Origin: the human T2T-CHM13v2.0 reference genome, Homo sapiens
DNA length: 64,000 nt
Assembly (NCBI RefSeq): GCF_009914755.1
Contig: NC_060926.1
Direction: 5' to 3' (one strand)
The first letter of the stretch is position 1. The number at the start of each line of letters is the position of its first letter. The translations under genes were made by a program, and so were the position numbers. Below are positions 13,021 through 30,811 of the stretch, piece after piece. Under the pieces are notes generated by a model, which was given only the letters and a program-made list of their open reading frames with translations, did not search any database and had not been told where the DNA came from.

Positions 13021-13911
13021 GTATCCCAAATATGGTGCTCCACTTTGAAACCTGAAGAAATCCTGCAATTGAGTTAGCCTTTTGAAATAAAAATTATTTC
13101 AAATTTTAAAATATTTATATATGTTTCCACTTAAGATATCTACAAGCATTTGTTTACAACCTTTTATCTTGCTTTGCATCTTAAACATTTCTGTATGGCA
13201 ATTTCCGTGTCTTCCTATCATCTCGGCCATCTTAGTGCAAAGATACAAAATTGTGTGGCTTATTAAGAAAAATTACAGTAAGCTAAGGGTAGGTTAAAGG
13301 ATCTGAAACTTAGCAGGAAAAAATGAGCAGAAATTAAAGCTATAAAAGGCATGGATCCTGCTCCAGTTCTCTTTGCTTCTCCTTTGTTCTCTGTCTTCCT
13401 CACTTTTAACTGCCTTCTTTGTTTCCCTTGAACCTGACTACTTAAAAAAAAAATTGAAGATCTAAATTATCTCAAGGCTAAAAGGATTTTTGTTTAGGAA
13501 GTATGAAGATTAATTCAATTAAATAAATACTTATTGAGCATTGACTATCAGGGGAATACTGGAAGATAGGCCTGCAGAGGTAAGTTACGGTCAACCTGTA
13601 GGAGGTTCCTTGGGTTAGTTTGAACCTTATCCTTTGGCCACAGTAAAACATGTAACTTTTCTTTCCCCACAGGAACATGTCAGAATGATCACACTATTTG
13701 TGGGTGTGTAATCTGGAAGCTGTACCATGATTAGTTGAAAGAGAGACTGAAGGCAAGAAAAACAGTGTGGTGACTTGGAGAAGAACCAAGACATAAGGAA
13801 ATGAAGACCTACTCTTGGGTGATGACAGTAAAAAGAATGGAATAGGCCTGAGAGACAGGAAAAGGGAGAACTGATGAGACTCAGTTACTGATAGGGCTAA
13901 AGAGGAGGAAG

Positions 13912-14532
<621 letters not shown>

Positions 14533-15949
14533 TTAACAAGCTTATGTATTTCCTCATCCATTAAAATAAAGAAAAGAAATTGAGCTAGAGAGCTTCTAGT
14601 ATCCTGTCCAGCCATAAAATTTCGTTGTTTTCTATTATTCTGTTACCTGAAAATGAAAGGAAGAACTATTTCAGTGGGAGAAGCAGTTTCAAGGAGAAAA
14701 TAATGAATGTGGTTTTAGACCTCAAATCTAAAACCTTGAGAAATTTTCTAGTTCAGTTTTCTCTCTTGAAGTTATCATCCTCTCCATCTGAGACTCTAGG
14801 AGATTAAGCAGTTGGTCTAAGAACACTCAACTAGTCCATGACAGAGAATGAGAATAAAAGCCCCCCCGTCCTGTAAACAAACTTCTCATAAAGGCATCAG
14901 CACATGTATGTAGAGATTTCCGGTAGACCCCTAGGGAGAAAACAGAAAAGAGAGAGAAAGAGCAGAAATAAAGATATGGTTTGAGAAGACATCCGTACAG
15001 AATTGATGAAGTTTCTTGTGGAAACCTCATTGGTGAGGTTTCCTTCCACAGAGCAGCTTGTGGAAGGAAACTCTAAGAACAAAATGTAAACAAAGATGAA
15101 AGACTTCATTAAAAAGTCACCCTCAGAGAAGTAGTTACCAATGAACGCCACGAGAAACTAACTTAATTCCACTGCCATATCTGCTAATCATTCTGTGAGA
15201 TGCTGACTTATTCTATACTATTAACTGGAAAAAATGAAGAAAAGCTAAAAGTAATGCAGAATAATGGAGGGAAAACTGTAAATTAATCATAACTTTCATT
15301 TACAAATAAGTGGGACCTATAAACTTCAAGCACACTGATATCCCGATTTCCCTCAAGTCCCGCTGATCAAAATTGACAGGAGAAACAAACCAAATGGTTT
15401 GATACAATGACAAAGGTCATGTAGGATATATGTTGAGGCAATATGATGTACATGTGGATTCCTGGTGAATTTTATCTTTTCCAAAATGAAGTACTTCTAA
15501 TGTTTCTTTCTATGAAAGTAATAACAATGATAACATATTCAGATAATACAGAAAGGAATGAAGAAAGTGAAAATCATACCTATGGATAACTTCTTTAATA
15601 TTATACCATATATGTATCATTTTATGCAAATATAGATTATTTAAGAAAAATAGGATTATACATATGATTTTCATACACATGATTTTAGTCACTTCTCATT
15701 TAGTAATACCTTTTTAATCCATAAACAATTTATTCATATAGATAGATTTATATCATTTTTAATGCCTATTAAATACTCCCTAGCGAAATTTTGAGGATGA
15801 TCTTCTTCGAAAAAGTGGAAACTGGGCCATCTATAAAGTCTAATCAAAGTTGAGTAAAGCATAGAAAAATAAAAGAGAGTGACTTAAAATGTGCTGTTTG
15901 AACATGTCTAGTACGATGCCAGATTTTGTTTAAAAACTTTTAGTTTCTT

Positions 15950-16445
15950 TAAAACTCCCCTTCCCCTTCCCAATAGCATCATTTTCTCTTTAGGGATTCA
16001 TGTTTCCAGAGAAGTTGACTTCACTCTCCCTTCAGAGATGATGTAACTAATGTAGGCTGTCCAATCAGTGTATTTCATCCCTTTGCACTTAATGATTAGT
16101 CAGGGTAGGCACTGATCCTGAAGTAGCTCAGCTGAATAATTTTCAGGACTTTTGCAGACAATGCTGATCTTCTCTTTCTTGCTAGACAAGAGGAAGATGC
16201 CGACAGCCATTTTAGAACCATAAGAGAAGCCAGTCTTAGAATGGTGCAGAGACCAAGGTAGCCACAGCAGAGAGAAGGAAATAAACAGGGACCTTGATGA
16301 CATATTGAGTTGTGGGGTCAAGCCCCACCTAAAGCAGCCTCACCGGTTGGCCTGTGGACTCTTCATTGATGTGTACCAATCAGTTTTCTTCATTGTTTAA
16401 ACAAGTTTGAGTTGGGTTTTCTATTACTTAAAATCAAATGCATAG
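15950..16445 (+). mobile_element. MLT1J/K-like MaLR LTR
   Basis: Typical 3' end TTGTTTAAACAAGTTTGAGTTGGGTTTTCTATTACTT; GACCTTGATGACAT motif. Confidence 0.6.
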
Positions 16446-16973
16446 GAAAAATGCTAAAGGAAAATGCAACAGTAATTATCTCTGAGTGGTAAGAATACAC
16501 ATGATTTAAATTTTTTTTTTCTGTGCAGAAAAGTTTCCCTTTTTCTTGATAAAATTAATATACAAAGTATGTATTTTGGCTATATGAAAATCTTCTAAAA
16601 CAAATTTTAAAACGATGATCGTTTATTAAACCAGGAATATATATGAAATCCACCCATAAAATAGAATGATTTAAGAGCATGGATATGATGCAGCCTATGA
16701 CCTTAGAGAAGACAAAGGCCTTGCTTTTGTTGATCTTTGTATTCTCAGCATTTAGAATAGTGCTTTCCCTGACATATGGCAGGCATTCTGTAAATGGTTT
16801 TTGAATGATTTAATAAAACATAATTGCCTATCAGCTATCTAGGAAGTTGGATTGTAACTATGGGAAGTATTTGATACAAGCAACTGTGACATAGATCTTT
16901 TACAGTAACTGGATTTCTTGTTTCCAGCTTTTCACTTGGCCAAGTTTTATAGCTTTATTTAAATATTCCCCCT

Positions 16974-17262
<289 letters not shown>

Positions 17263-17555
17263 TTCCGCCAAATTGTTGACTCCTTTTTGTGATTGTAAAT
17301 GCTAGAATTAAATAATTATTTCTGATCTGTCAAGTTAAAACCCTGAGTATTATCTTTTAATATACATATATATGTTTATGTGTGCATAAATATACGATAG
17401 CTTTTTTTTTCTTTCGATCTGCTACTGAAATATTCTCACAAAAGCAATAAAGTGGAACCTAAACATCTCACGTGGCTATTGATCTTGTTATTGACCCCAA
17501 GAAAGGCTCAAATGTGATTAAATGGGCAGAGGCTTTTGTCTAGGCCAGCACTTAA

Positions 17556-17863
<308 letters not shown>

Positions 17864-18590
17864 TGTTAAGCAGAAAAACAATGAAACCAGAACTAGCTTA
17901 TGAAACTGAAAGTTAAATCGATGACTTACGTAAGATAGGCTGCAGAAATCATACAATAGAAGCATGGTAACTTTGGGGGCCGCACCAGTCTGTTTCAAGA
18001 CTTAGCTTCTTGATACTTGTGGTTTTGTTTTGACCACTTTTTTTTTGAAAGGAGTTAGAGATCAGGAACATGAAGATGAAAAACAAAAAAATACACTTGT
18101 TCCTACTTCTGAATTGTTCATTTAAAAGTGGGCTCACTAACAAATTTATTTAATAGGCAGCCTTTAAAGAAATAATATTTTAACTGTGCAGAGCACTTTC
18201 TAATTTGAATAATGCCTAAGTTGAAAAACTAAAACTAACCAACATTGTAAAACACAAGCAGGAAGTGGAGAAATCTCAGATTTTAACCTTGACTTTAGAT
18301 TAAGAATGTTTTTAGCTGATTCTAGTTAAAACATTTTCGAGTAAATAGCTAGCTCAAAAAAAGGCTATCACATCCTCAGCACAACAGTGAAGCACATACC
18401 TCAGGTGCATTCTTCCAGTAGAGGAAATTTTTCAGGGGTTCCAGTCTCCTTCCTTCCTTGAAGGGGCAGGTCCTCTATCTGTGTTGATTTCTGTAGTCTC
18501 TTCAGTATCAGAACAGTATTTGGTAGAATAGAAAGTAGAAACTTGATCAACTTTTGTTGCCCTACTAAATCTTACAATAGAGCTAAATAA

Positions 18591-18945
<355 letters not shown>

Positions 18946-19528
18946 CCTGCTCTTTCTTAGACTGCTTCTTTCCGCTATTAACAAAAGTAACTGATAGAGA
19001 AGAATTATCAAAACTCAAGTGTCTACGTGGCAGCAGAGGAACTAGACAATTTTTATAAATGACAGTGGCTGAAACAGGATAAATCATGGGGACTCATCAT
19101 TGATATTACATAGACTAAATATGATAGTGTTCCATTAATTAATTCTACAAATATTTAAATGTTCTCAGAATTTCAAACATTATTTAGACTTTTCTTCACC
19201 TTAACTCTTATGTAAGCTTTCCCTAGACCTTCCCAAAAAGTTGAGACAGGAAAGGAAACTTAAGACTTCTGAAACACAAGAGCATTCACCAGGCCTACTC
19301 ACTAAGAGGTCTGGACACTAGATTGGAGATTGTTACTCTTGGAGAACAACCTTGATAAAACTATGCTTCCCAGTGCAGTGTGAATTGGGGTCTCGGTCTC
19401 TATAGTCTATAGCTAATAGCATAATTAACTATATCAAGTCTGACCTATTATTAGTCCAAATGGCGTAACTCAAATCCTGTCCCATAGGTTTATTATACTC
19501 ATATATTTTGGAGACAATAAGATGTTTA

Positions 19529-19850
<322 letters not shown>

Positions 19851-20872
19851 GACAAAATTCCTAGAGGATTCTTAAAAATTTCCTTTCATATATTGTCTCA
19901 GTGGCTGGTCAAGGATTTGTTGTTGTTGTTGTTTTAACCCAATAGTCTTTGTCAAACCAAGAACTGGTATTGAAAATTTCAGCCCAACATTTGCCATAGT
20001 GAATAAATCATTTATCCTACAGGAAAAAGAAGATCAAATCTGAGGGCAATTGAAGCAGTTTTTAGAAATCTTCAAACCACAAGCAGACATCCCAGTGAAA
20101 TTCAGAAGTCCTTGTCTGAATCTCTCTTCATAACCATTTTAGTCTCACCCATCCAGCCATGAGTGTCAAAAATTAGAGTCTGTAGGTAACGTTTGTCCAA
20201 AACCAGTTTGTCCAGATTTCCTCTGTTAACTTCTGAAGGTGGTAAGCAGGGAAGGAGCATGAGCTCTGTTACAGAGAACTTAGCCTGTGTGAAGGTTAGA
20301 GAGGAAAAAGCCTTCGTGGGATTAGCTAGACATTCCAAACAGTGTAGAACATCAGTAAGAGTAATAGCAAATTAACTGAAGAAGAGGCAGTTGTCTCCTC
20401 AGCACTCAGGGAAATAACAGAAGGTTTGTATCAGTCCCATTGAGGCTGGCGACCAATGGGAAGCTGTTGCTAAGGAGACGGCTGGTGCAAGGATTACTAC
20501 AGGCAGGATGAAGGGAGGAGGGTATGGGTTTATGCATTTGCTCCCATTCCTTGTTTCCTCTTTTAGGCTTGATGTGCTTCCAGGCTCTCGATCATTCTTT
20601 CTCTTTCTCAGCATTTTCTCACTGTCTCAAGTCTTCTCATTTCATTGTTATTACATGCTAGGGACTTGGTGCTACCAGGCTACCTGCTTGCTCCATACAT
20701 TATTTGTTCAACATGATTTGCATATATGGGTTACTGATCAAGAACCTAGGAAGGTCAAGTGAGCAAACAGATGGAAGAATAAGGGGGCGGGGACAGTCAT
20801 AAAGATTGAGGGCTATTACAGATCATTCTACCAAAAGCTTAATCACAGTCAAGAATCCAAAAGTTCTGTCAC

Positions 20873-21055
20873 AGTAGTTCTCAACTGGAGCTTCACACCA
20901 GAATCACAGGGGGAATATAATTTTTAAAAACATGGATGCCAGGGCCCAGCCAGACTTTACTCAATCAATGCCACAGGAATCAGGTCCAAGGCCTGTATTT
21001 TTTCCGCCAGATTCTGCAGATTATTCTATTGCAAATTCCTAGTTAAGAGCTTCTG
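20873..21055 (+). mobile_element. MER5A-like hAT element
   Basis: CAGTAGTTCTCAA...CAGAATCAC...GATGCCAGGGCCC. Confidence 0.55.
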
Positions 21056-21084
21056 ATTTAGGGAATAAACCAGAAATTATGTCT

Positions 21085-21365
21085 TTTTTTTTTAAGAGAC
21101 GAGGTCTTGCTTTGTCACCCAGGCTGGAGTGCAGTAGTGTGATCATAGCTCACTGCAGTTCCAAATTCCTGGGCTCAAGTAGTCCTCTCGCCTCAGCCTC
21201 GGAGTAGCTAGGTGTGCGCCACCACACCCAGCTAATTTTTTTTTTGTAGAGACAGCGTCTGGCTATGGTGACCAGACCGGTCTTAAACTCCTGACTTCAA
21301 GCAGTCCTCTTGCCTTGGCCTCCCAAAGTGTTGGGATTATAGGTGTAACCCACCATGGCCAGCCT
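21085..21365 (-). mobile_element. AluJ
   Basis: Antisense dimer. Confidence 0.85.
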
Positions 21366-22206
21366 GTAAGTCTGTCTTAAGAGTAAGTAGGAATATTTAT
21401 CTTAGAGGAGGGCAAAAAAATTTTTCTATGGTCTCAGTGCTCATTGGGAGAAATATGTTTTCATCATTAAAAAAGGGCACATTGAGTCTGGCATTTTCCA
21501 TTAGAAATCCATTTCAGTAACTGTTTTCCTATGACATTGTTCCTCATGTGAAACCCATTTCTTTTGATTTGCTCTTTGTGAAGAAAAACAAAACAAACCA
21601 GTTGGCTGTCTTCATTCCTTGTACATATACACCATGTCTTCACTATGATGTCATTTCCAAACCCCAGTTAGAAAGTTCACATTATAGGTAAAACTAGGTG
21701 AGGTAATATTCTGACACATTCAGTAACTAAGCCAATACATTGAATGTGTTGTCGATTATGTAGTAAAACCCCAGTGTAGTCTTTTCACCATCTCTTAAAG
21801 CTTTGGTTTTTGAGAAACAATTATAATTCCTCTTATCTTTCTTCAGAGATGTTATTTTCTAAAATTTGGCTTTTTAATAATCTTTTCCTTTATAGTTTGT
21901 GCATTTGGTATCTTTTAAAGAAATCCTTCCTTGCATCAAGGTCATAATGATATTTACCTACGTTTTCTTCTAAAAGCTAAATGTTTTGTAAAATTGTTTT
22001 TCTTTGTATCATTTTTCAATTCTCATCTGTTATTAGAGCCCCACTCTAGATCCAGAATGTAGAAAGTTTCTGTCCCACAGAGAATAATACTTCTGCAGCT
22101 CCTGCTAGAGTCTGGATCAAAAAACTCTCAATGTAGAATAAAGTGAAATAGGAGTGTTCAAAGAGATTTTAAAATTTATAAAATGTGGTAAAAGAAGATA
22201 GCAGAT

Positions 22207-22680
<474 letters not shown>

Positions 22681-22939
22681 TTATCTTAAAGCCAACCCTC
22701 CAGAGATACTGAAGAGATGAGGCCTTAAACCTTGAGAAGAGTGAGCAAATGCAGTATGTGTGGTCTAATGGCCAGTAGCCATGTTGTGGATAAACTTATC
22801 ACATGTTTGTCAAATGTCTAGCACAGATATGCTTATCATATATTTGTCAAATATCTAGCAGGACCTTGAAGATGCCCTTGAAGAAAAGTCACTTCACAGT
22901 CCCATGTCATGGCTAATAAGTAGCCAACCACTCAGAGTG

Positions 22940-23255
22940 AGGTGAGGTGTTTCATTCCTGTAATCCCAGTAACTCAAGAGGCTAAGGCAGGAGGATCATT
23001 TGAGGCCAGGCGTTCAGGATCAGCATGGAAGACACAGTGAAGCCTTGTCTCCAAAAAACAAAGTCATCTCAAAGACAGAACTCTTTGGTGGTACACTCCT
23101 GTAGTCCTAGCTACTCAGGAGGCTGAGGTGGGAGGATCACTTGAGCCCAGCAGTTTGAGGCTGCAGCGAGCTATGATTGCACCACTGCACTCCAGTCTGG
23201 GTGACAGAGTGATGGTCTGTCTCCAAAAAAAATTAAATTAAAAAAAATTAAAAAT
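22940..23255 (+). mobile_element. AluJ (diverged)
   Basis: Alu dimer motifs. Confidence 0.8.
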
Positions 23256-23868
23256 AATATAAGAAAGAAATCCTTGGATACAGTTCCTAGGTGTCCCACA
23301 CAGCTGAACCCTGCTATGGCTCCAGCCTCCCATGTCCACCTGCTCCCTTAGGTCCTTGGCTCAACTTTGGAACTGGTTGTTGCACTTTGGGCTCCAGCCC
23401 TTGTGCCGCTCTGTGAATATCTATCACCTCCTGTCTTCTGCCTGCCCCAGTGGTGCTGCTCTATTATTGACTTGGCTCACTTGTACACTCAGAATCAGAG
23501 GGACTTCGTGATCCCTAATATCACCTCAAGCTGATACGAGTAAGCTTCTAGCCTTACCTGACCCGCTGTTACCTGGTGGAGACTATTGCTTGTACTGGTA
23601 AAGCCAAACCATTATGAGAGCTCCACATACTCAAATGGTCTTGATGACAGTCCTCTAGCAAAGGAGGCATTTCCATAGATACGAAATCATCTGTTTTCAA
23701 AGGCGTGACCTGTGTTAGGCTACCCTGGGCTGAGTAGGCCCATCCTTTGTAGGAAGACCTATTTTCCTCCCACCAAGTGACTCTGATAGTTTGGTGGGTT
23801 CGAGGGATGATTCCCCTCCTCACCAGCAACCGACTTCCCTGCTGTCCACTATAAGAAGTGTTACTTCT

Positions 23869-24175
<307 letters not shown>

Positions 24176-24299
24176 AAATGTTACTTCTCTTCTGTCACTG
24201 CAACCCTGCCCAGGACTGCCTGGGCCTCTGGATGTGGGAGTGAACTGACAGTGCTGGCTCAGCTGCCTCGGCTGGCAGGGCAGATGGCCCTTTCCTTCC

Positions 24300-24721
24300 T
24301 CACTATTTTGTGTACTTTCCCCCAAAGTTTACCTCCTCAATAAAAAGGCACTGCCTGACAAGCTTTCCTTTCTGCCACTTCCAAATTCTCTCTGCCCTGG
24401 AATAGCCAAGGAATCTCACACAGTCAGGCTCTGACATCTTGGATCCCCTAAAATCATTGCCTGTGGGCTCTCCTTTGTGCCATGCTGCAAACTCCCCAGT
24501 GGTTAGCATTCTACATGGAAGCAAAATTTGTGCCTGGAGAAATCTCGGGCCATAGGTCTGACCTGTCACCAGGGTCCCTGTAGCAGCGTAGGGCCCTGGC
24601 CACCATAACAGCCACTGAAACTTTGCTTCAAGAATTATAGGTGTAGAGGACTCTCCTCCTGCTTCCTTAAGTCCCAGTGGACTACTAGCACTCCTGGTGT
24701 TTCTTCTCTGAAGGTAAACCT
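24300..24721 (-). mobile_element. Putative decayed Gypsy/Ty3 (MamGyp-like) integrase C-terminal part
   Basis: Minus-strand WPGPY...TY (GPY/F module) at ~24588-24607, followed by FHV at 24512-24520. Confidence 0.45.
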
Positions 24722-25587
24722 TGTAAACCAACAAGTATCTCAGAGACGTCTCCATCAGTTTAGAGGCTTATTTTGCAAATATTAAGGACCATGGTCTGTG
24801 ACACAGCCTCAGGAGGTCCTGAGAACATGTGCCCAAGGTGGTTTGGTTACCGCTCAGTTTTATGCATTTTAGGGAGACAGAAGTTACAAGTTAAAAACAT
24901 AAATCAATACATGGAAGGTATATATTTGTTTGGCCTGGAAAGGCAGAACATCTTGAATGAGGTGGCTTCCAGGTTATAGGTGGATTCAAAGATTTCCTGA
25001 CTGGCAATTCGTTGAGAAGTTAAGCTTCACCCCTTAAGAGTTTGAAGTCAGCATAAAGAAATTCTTGAGTTAAGATAAGAGGAGTTGTGGAAGCCAAGGT
25101 TCTGGTCATGTAGATGAAGCCTCCAGGTAGCAGGCTTCAGAGAGAATAGATGGTAAATGTCTCTTATTGGACCTTAAAGGCATCAATCTTTCTGGAAAAG
25201 ACCTAGTTATGGAAGGAGATTCTCTACAGAAGACACATTTCCCACAAGAGACAGCTTTGCAGGGCCATTACAAAATTTGTCAAAGAAATATATTTTGGGG
25301 TGAAATACTTTGCTTTCCTTCAGGGCCTGTGATCTGCCATGGGATGCTATACCAGAGTCCAGTTGGAATTTGGTATCTTACTGCTACAGTCTGTTGTCAG
25401 TCTTTTGAGTTAGTGCTGGTCAGTTGTGCCTAAACTCAAAAGGCAGGAGGGTAAAAGAAGGTGTATCCAGCTTTGCCATTCCCATCATGGCATGAAGTAG
25501 TTTTTCAGGTTTCTTTGGGATCCTGTTGGCCAACAGAAGGGTCTATTTAGCCAACTGGGGTGCTTAGAATTTTATTTTTGGTTTCCA
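24722..25587 (-). mobile_element. MER4D/MER4E-like LTR (3' LTR of the provirus)
   Basis: TG...CA ends. Minus strand begins TGGAAACCAAAAATAAAATTCTAAGC (MER4-type start). Polypurine tract AGAAAGGGGAGAA at 25588-25600. Confidence 0.85.
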
Positions 25588-26550
25588 TTCTCCCCTTTCT
25601 GGCCAAGATTTGCCAGAAGCACCATCAATGGCCAAACTTTTATTTTGTTGCGCATTGTTGCCACGGCGGTGTGGCCACCTGACCTGCACCCATCCTGTCC
25701 CTTGCTGGGACCTCCATAGCCAAGACACTTAGATCTAAAAGACTCATAGTCAATTCAAGCATTCTAGGCCAGGCAGGAATGGAGGTGGGCAGGCGTTCAT
25801 CAAACCTTTAAAATCTTCTAAGTAATATAAGAGTCAAAAAGCCGAAAGGCAAGTTTACAGAACTGATTTATCTATAAATTTTATGCATTGAGCTACTGCA
25901 GTCTTGGTTTTAGTTACAGACTTGTAGCAATTAGCTATACAGAACATAAGCATTTTGTTAAAACCATTTAAACTAGAGAGTTTAGAGACTTTGTTGTATT
26001 GCAACACTTTTTGCAGTCTTTTTAGTAATTTGTTCTAAGATGGCTAATAAAAAAATAATAAGATCTCCCCAGGCACAAAAACTATACATAATTATATCTG
26101 TCTATCTTCATAAATCTCATAACTGGGAGCACTATACCCAGGAAGCTTTTTGTCAGTTGATATCCTCTCTGCAATTTTCTTTTAACTCTACTGGAAGTAG
26201 GAAATTCTTTATGGTTGGGGTAGATGGAAATGGGCCACAGAATGACCCAGGAGGAAAAGTCTCTCATTTTGTCAGCTGTTTAGGCATCTGCATACCCACC
26301 CTTGATGTGGAGGTTCTGAACTAATTCTGTCCCTCATAATCCATACTTACAATCCCACATGCCCACTGCTTCCGCAGTAATCCCTGCCTAGAGGGAAGGT
26401 GCTTATATTTCCCCTAGAGGTAAGTTTTAGCAGTGGGACATTAGCAATGAAAGTAGATTCAGCCCAGTGGGATTCTAAATAAGTTTTAAATTTTGGAGCT
26501 TTCAGGTACAGAGAGAAAGGTAGTATTTGTTGCTTTACCCAATTTTGTAA

Positions 26551-27278
<728 letters not shown>

Positions 27279-27454
27279 AAAAGAAAAAGCGGTTTTTGTT
27301 TGTCTGTTTTTTCAACTGTGGAAAACAAAACAAAAGGACATAAGCCCTGCCTGGCTCTGACAATGACAGGAAAGGGAAACTGACAAACAACAAGTAAACA
27401 TTTAAATTATCTAATATTAAGGCACAGAACAATGATTTTAATTTGGATAGAGGA

Positions 27455-27716
27455 CTGTTGCCAGGCTGGAGTGCAGTGGCGCAATCTCAGCTCACTGCAA
27501 TCTCTGCCTCCTGGATTCAAGTGATTCTCCTGTCTCAGCCACCTGAGTAGCTGGGATTACAGGCGTGTGCCACCACACCTGGTTAATTTTTGTATTTTTA
27601 GTAGAGACGGGATTTCACATGTTGGCCGGGATGGTCTTGATCTTCTGACCTCATGATCCGCCCGCCTTGGCCTCCCAAAGTGTTGGGATTACAGGCGTGA
27701 GCCATCGCACCCAGCC
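27455..27716 (-). mobile_element. AluS lacking its 3' end and A tail
   Basis: Alu consensus ends at ...CCTGGCAACAG; flanked by GAGGA repeats. Confidence 0.88.
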
Positions 27717-27771
27717 GAGGAAAAATTATTAAATCAGTATTTATGCTTTTGAATATAGGTCTTGTCCAGTG

Positions 27772-28173
27772 TGATTTAAAAAAATGTTTTAGCTGAATTA
27801 AATTTAAGAGTTTAATTGAGCAATGAATGATTCACGAATCAGGCAACCTCATGAGATAGGCTCTGAGACTGCAGCACAGCCACGTGGTGGAAGAAGATTT
27901 ATGGACAGAAAAAGTAAGGTGATGCACAGAAAATACAAGTGAGGTAGAGAAAAAGCTGGATTGGTTACAGGTTGGCATTTGCCTTATTTGAACAGTTGGC
28001 CTTATTTGAACAGTTGAACAGTTGGTTACATCTGATTGCCCAAAACTCGGTGATTGGCACAAGTATAGGCTACAGTCTGTTTATACCTCTGTTTGTTCAC
28101 AATATACAGAGAAACCTTTAGGCCAAACTTAAAATATGTAAGGAGGCAGCTTTAGGCTAAACTTGTTTTAACA
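27772..28173 (-). mobile_element. MER57-family solo LTR
   Basis: Minus strand starts TGTTAAAACAAGTTTAGCCTAAAGCTGCCTCCTTACATATTTTAAG; TSD AGTG on both sides. Confidence 0.88.
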
Positions 28174-28684
28174 AGTGTAACATGAAAGTGGTTTCTTTTG
28201 GCTGTTACCATCTCTCAGGTCTGAGGATGAGGTTTTGGTTAAATTAAGTTTGCTGCCAGATAACAGTATTGACATTTAAGATTTACTAGGAGTCAAGTGT
28301 TCCTTTGAGATGACATAGGAGTACCTAGGAGTCACACCCCTTCAACTTAACAGCACAAGAGCTAGTTAACATATTTGATAAAGACCCTATTTAATGGGAA
28401 TGGAGGGAATCTCTCAACTGATGTCTAATCATCAGGCTGGAGGTGATGATACTAAAGTTTATCTTAATTGGAAGCTATAGAAAGATTCTATAACCTTGGG
28501 GTGATTTTTATAGTTCTGATAAGGTCCCAGCAATAAATCTAAGTCAGAGGCTTAAGTTAGGATTTGATTTTTGAGACTGTTTGTCAAAAAATGTTAAAAG
28601 ACTCAAAACATTTTATTGAAACAGAATCACGGGTCATTATAAAATAATAGTTATTCACTTAACCAGAGTGATAATAAAAAGACT

Positions 28685-29006
<322 letters not shown>

Positions 29007-29070
29007 TAGGAAGTTATATGGATGTAAAAACCTTAACTCTTTTAAAGTTTAGTTTTTAAGAGTAATTTTA

Positions 29071-29399
<329 letters not shown>

Positions 29400-29692
29400 T
29401 TAAAAACCTGATAAAAACAACATAGAAATTATCTTAAAATTTTTGTTTCTTAGGCTAGTTGCCAAAAATGAGGAAAAAAAACCTCTTCTACAGTGATTGT
29501 TTTTCCTTATGGGAAGCCCATTTGGATAACCTGAATGTCAGTCTTACTGAAAAGATAAATTAATCAGACACACAGAAAGAGTGTGTCCCAGGTTGAGTGA
29601 CCACTATATTACAGAGGCCTTGAGGGGGGAAATATGTGACTCTTAGCTACAGCATGGGAAGTTGTCTGGTTATGTTGACCACTTTAGACGTA

Positions 29693-30752
29693 TCTTGGGC
29701 TTCAGAAAACAATACCCCAAAATGATAACTGTGAACCCAGAAAATCTGAGACAGGCTCAGTTAATTTAGAAAGTTTATTTTGCCAAGGTTGAGGACCTGC
29801 CCATGACGCAGCCTCAGGAAGTCCTGACGACATGTGCCCAAGGTGGTCGGGGCACAGCTTGTTTTTATACATTTTAGGGAGGCATGAGACATCAATCAAT
29901 GTAAGTAAGAAGTAGGAAGTTGCTTGGAAAGGCAACTTGAAGCAAAGGCAGGAGGACCGGAAGTCCGAGGGAGCTTCCAGGTCACAGATAGTTGAGACAC
30001 AAATGGTTGCATTCTTCTGAGTTTCTGACTGGCCTTTCCAAAAGAGGCAGTCAGATATGCATCTATGTCAGTGAGCAGAGGGATGACTTTGAATAGAATG
30101 GGAGGCAGGTTTTGCCCTAAGCAGTTTCCAGCTTGAGTTTGCCTTAGAGATTGTGGGCGGCCATGGTATCTTCCTTTCACATAACCAAAGGAGCAGCCTC
30201 AGAAGTAAAAGTTTCTCTTTGGCCTTCTCCTGCCCTCCTGTTTCTCAGTCCCATTTTCCCTTTAGGCTGGCTATAGAAACTAGAATCTTTCTTCCCCAAG
30301 GTGAGCCCCAGAAACCACAGCCCATTTTCATCAAAGCCAGCCATAACACTTAAAAATATTCCTCTAATTTTTTCTCCACTTTTCTGTGTGAAAACTGGCC
30401 ATGAAGAAATTCTCTGAACTTCCTTGTTGGACTATAGGTTATAAGACCCCTACACCCAGAAGGATGGAAATGCATACTCAGGGAGGTGAAGAAGAATCTA
30501 GGCAGACAGGCCTTGCTCCTTTCCCCACACAGTCTACTAGCGTTCAATTGTATCTGTAGTTTTTTACAAGGCTGTTCATACTTTGTTGAACCTAAGCATA
30601 AAAATGAACAATTTTCCCTGTATCTTGGGTCTTTACTCTGAAGATTGTCACATATATATGCCAAACAAATCTATATGCTTTCTCTTCAACCAATCTGTCT
30701 TTTGTGAGTTGATTTTTTTCAGCAAACCTTTGGGGGGCCCTTGGCCCCTAAA
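29693..30752 (+). mobile_element. MER39-like LTR interrupted by a MER4A-type LTR
   Basis: Starts TCTTGGGCTTCAGAAAACAATACCCCAAAATG, resumes at 30186 with GCAGCCTCAGAAG..., ends CCCTTGGCCCCTAAA. Confidence 0.75.
29730..30181 (-). mobile_element. MER4A/MER4A1-like solo LTR
   Basis: Minus strand starts TGTGAAAGGAAG; contains GGGCAAAACCTGCCTCCCATTCTATTCAAAGTCATCCCTCTGCTCACTG; TSD TAAC on both sides. Confidence 0.85.
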
Positions 30753-30811
30753 TATGTTAGAAAAAGCCAAGAGTACAGAATTAAGTTATACTGGAGGAAA
30801 ATATGGCCTTC

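Noticed and set aside
13081-13103. 10-bp AT-rich inverted repeat
   Set aside because: Low complexity; plausible by chance
19903-19935. GGCTGGTC start resembling a Y RNA
   Set aside because: Similarity does not extend and there is no complementary 3' stem
22795-22860. 29-bp direct repeat with 3 transitions
   Set aside because: Small old local duplication with no functional clue
27980-28025. Repeated CCTTATTTGAACAGTTG
   Set aside because: Slippage inside the MER57 LTR
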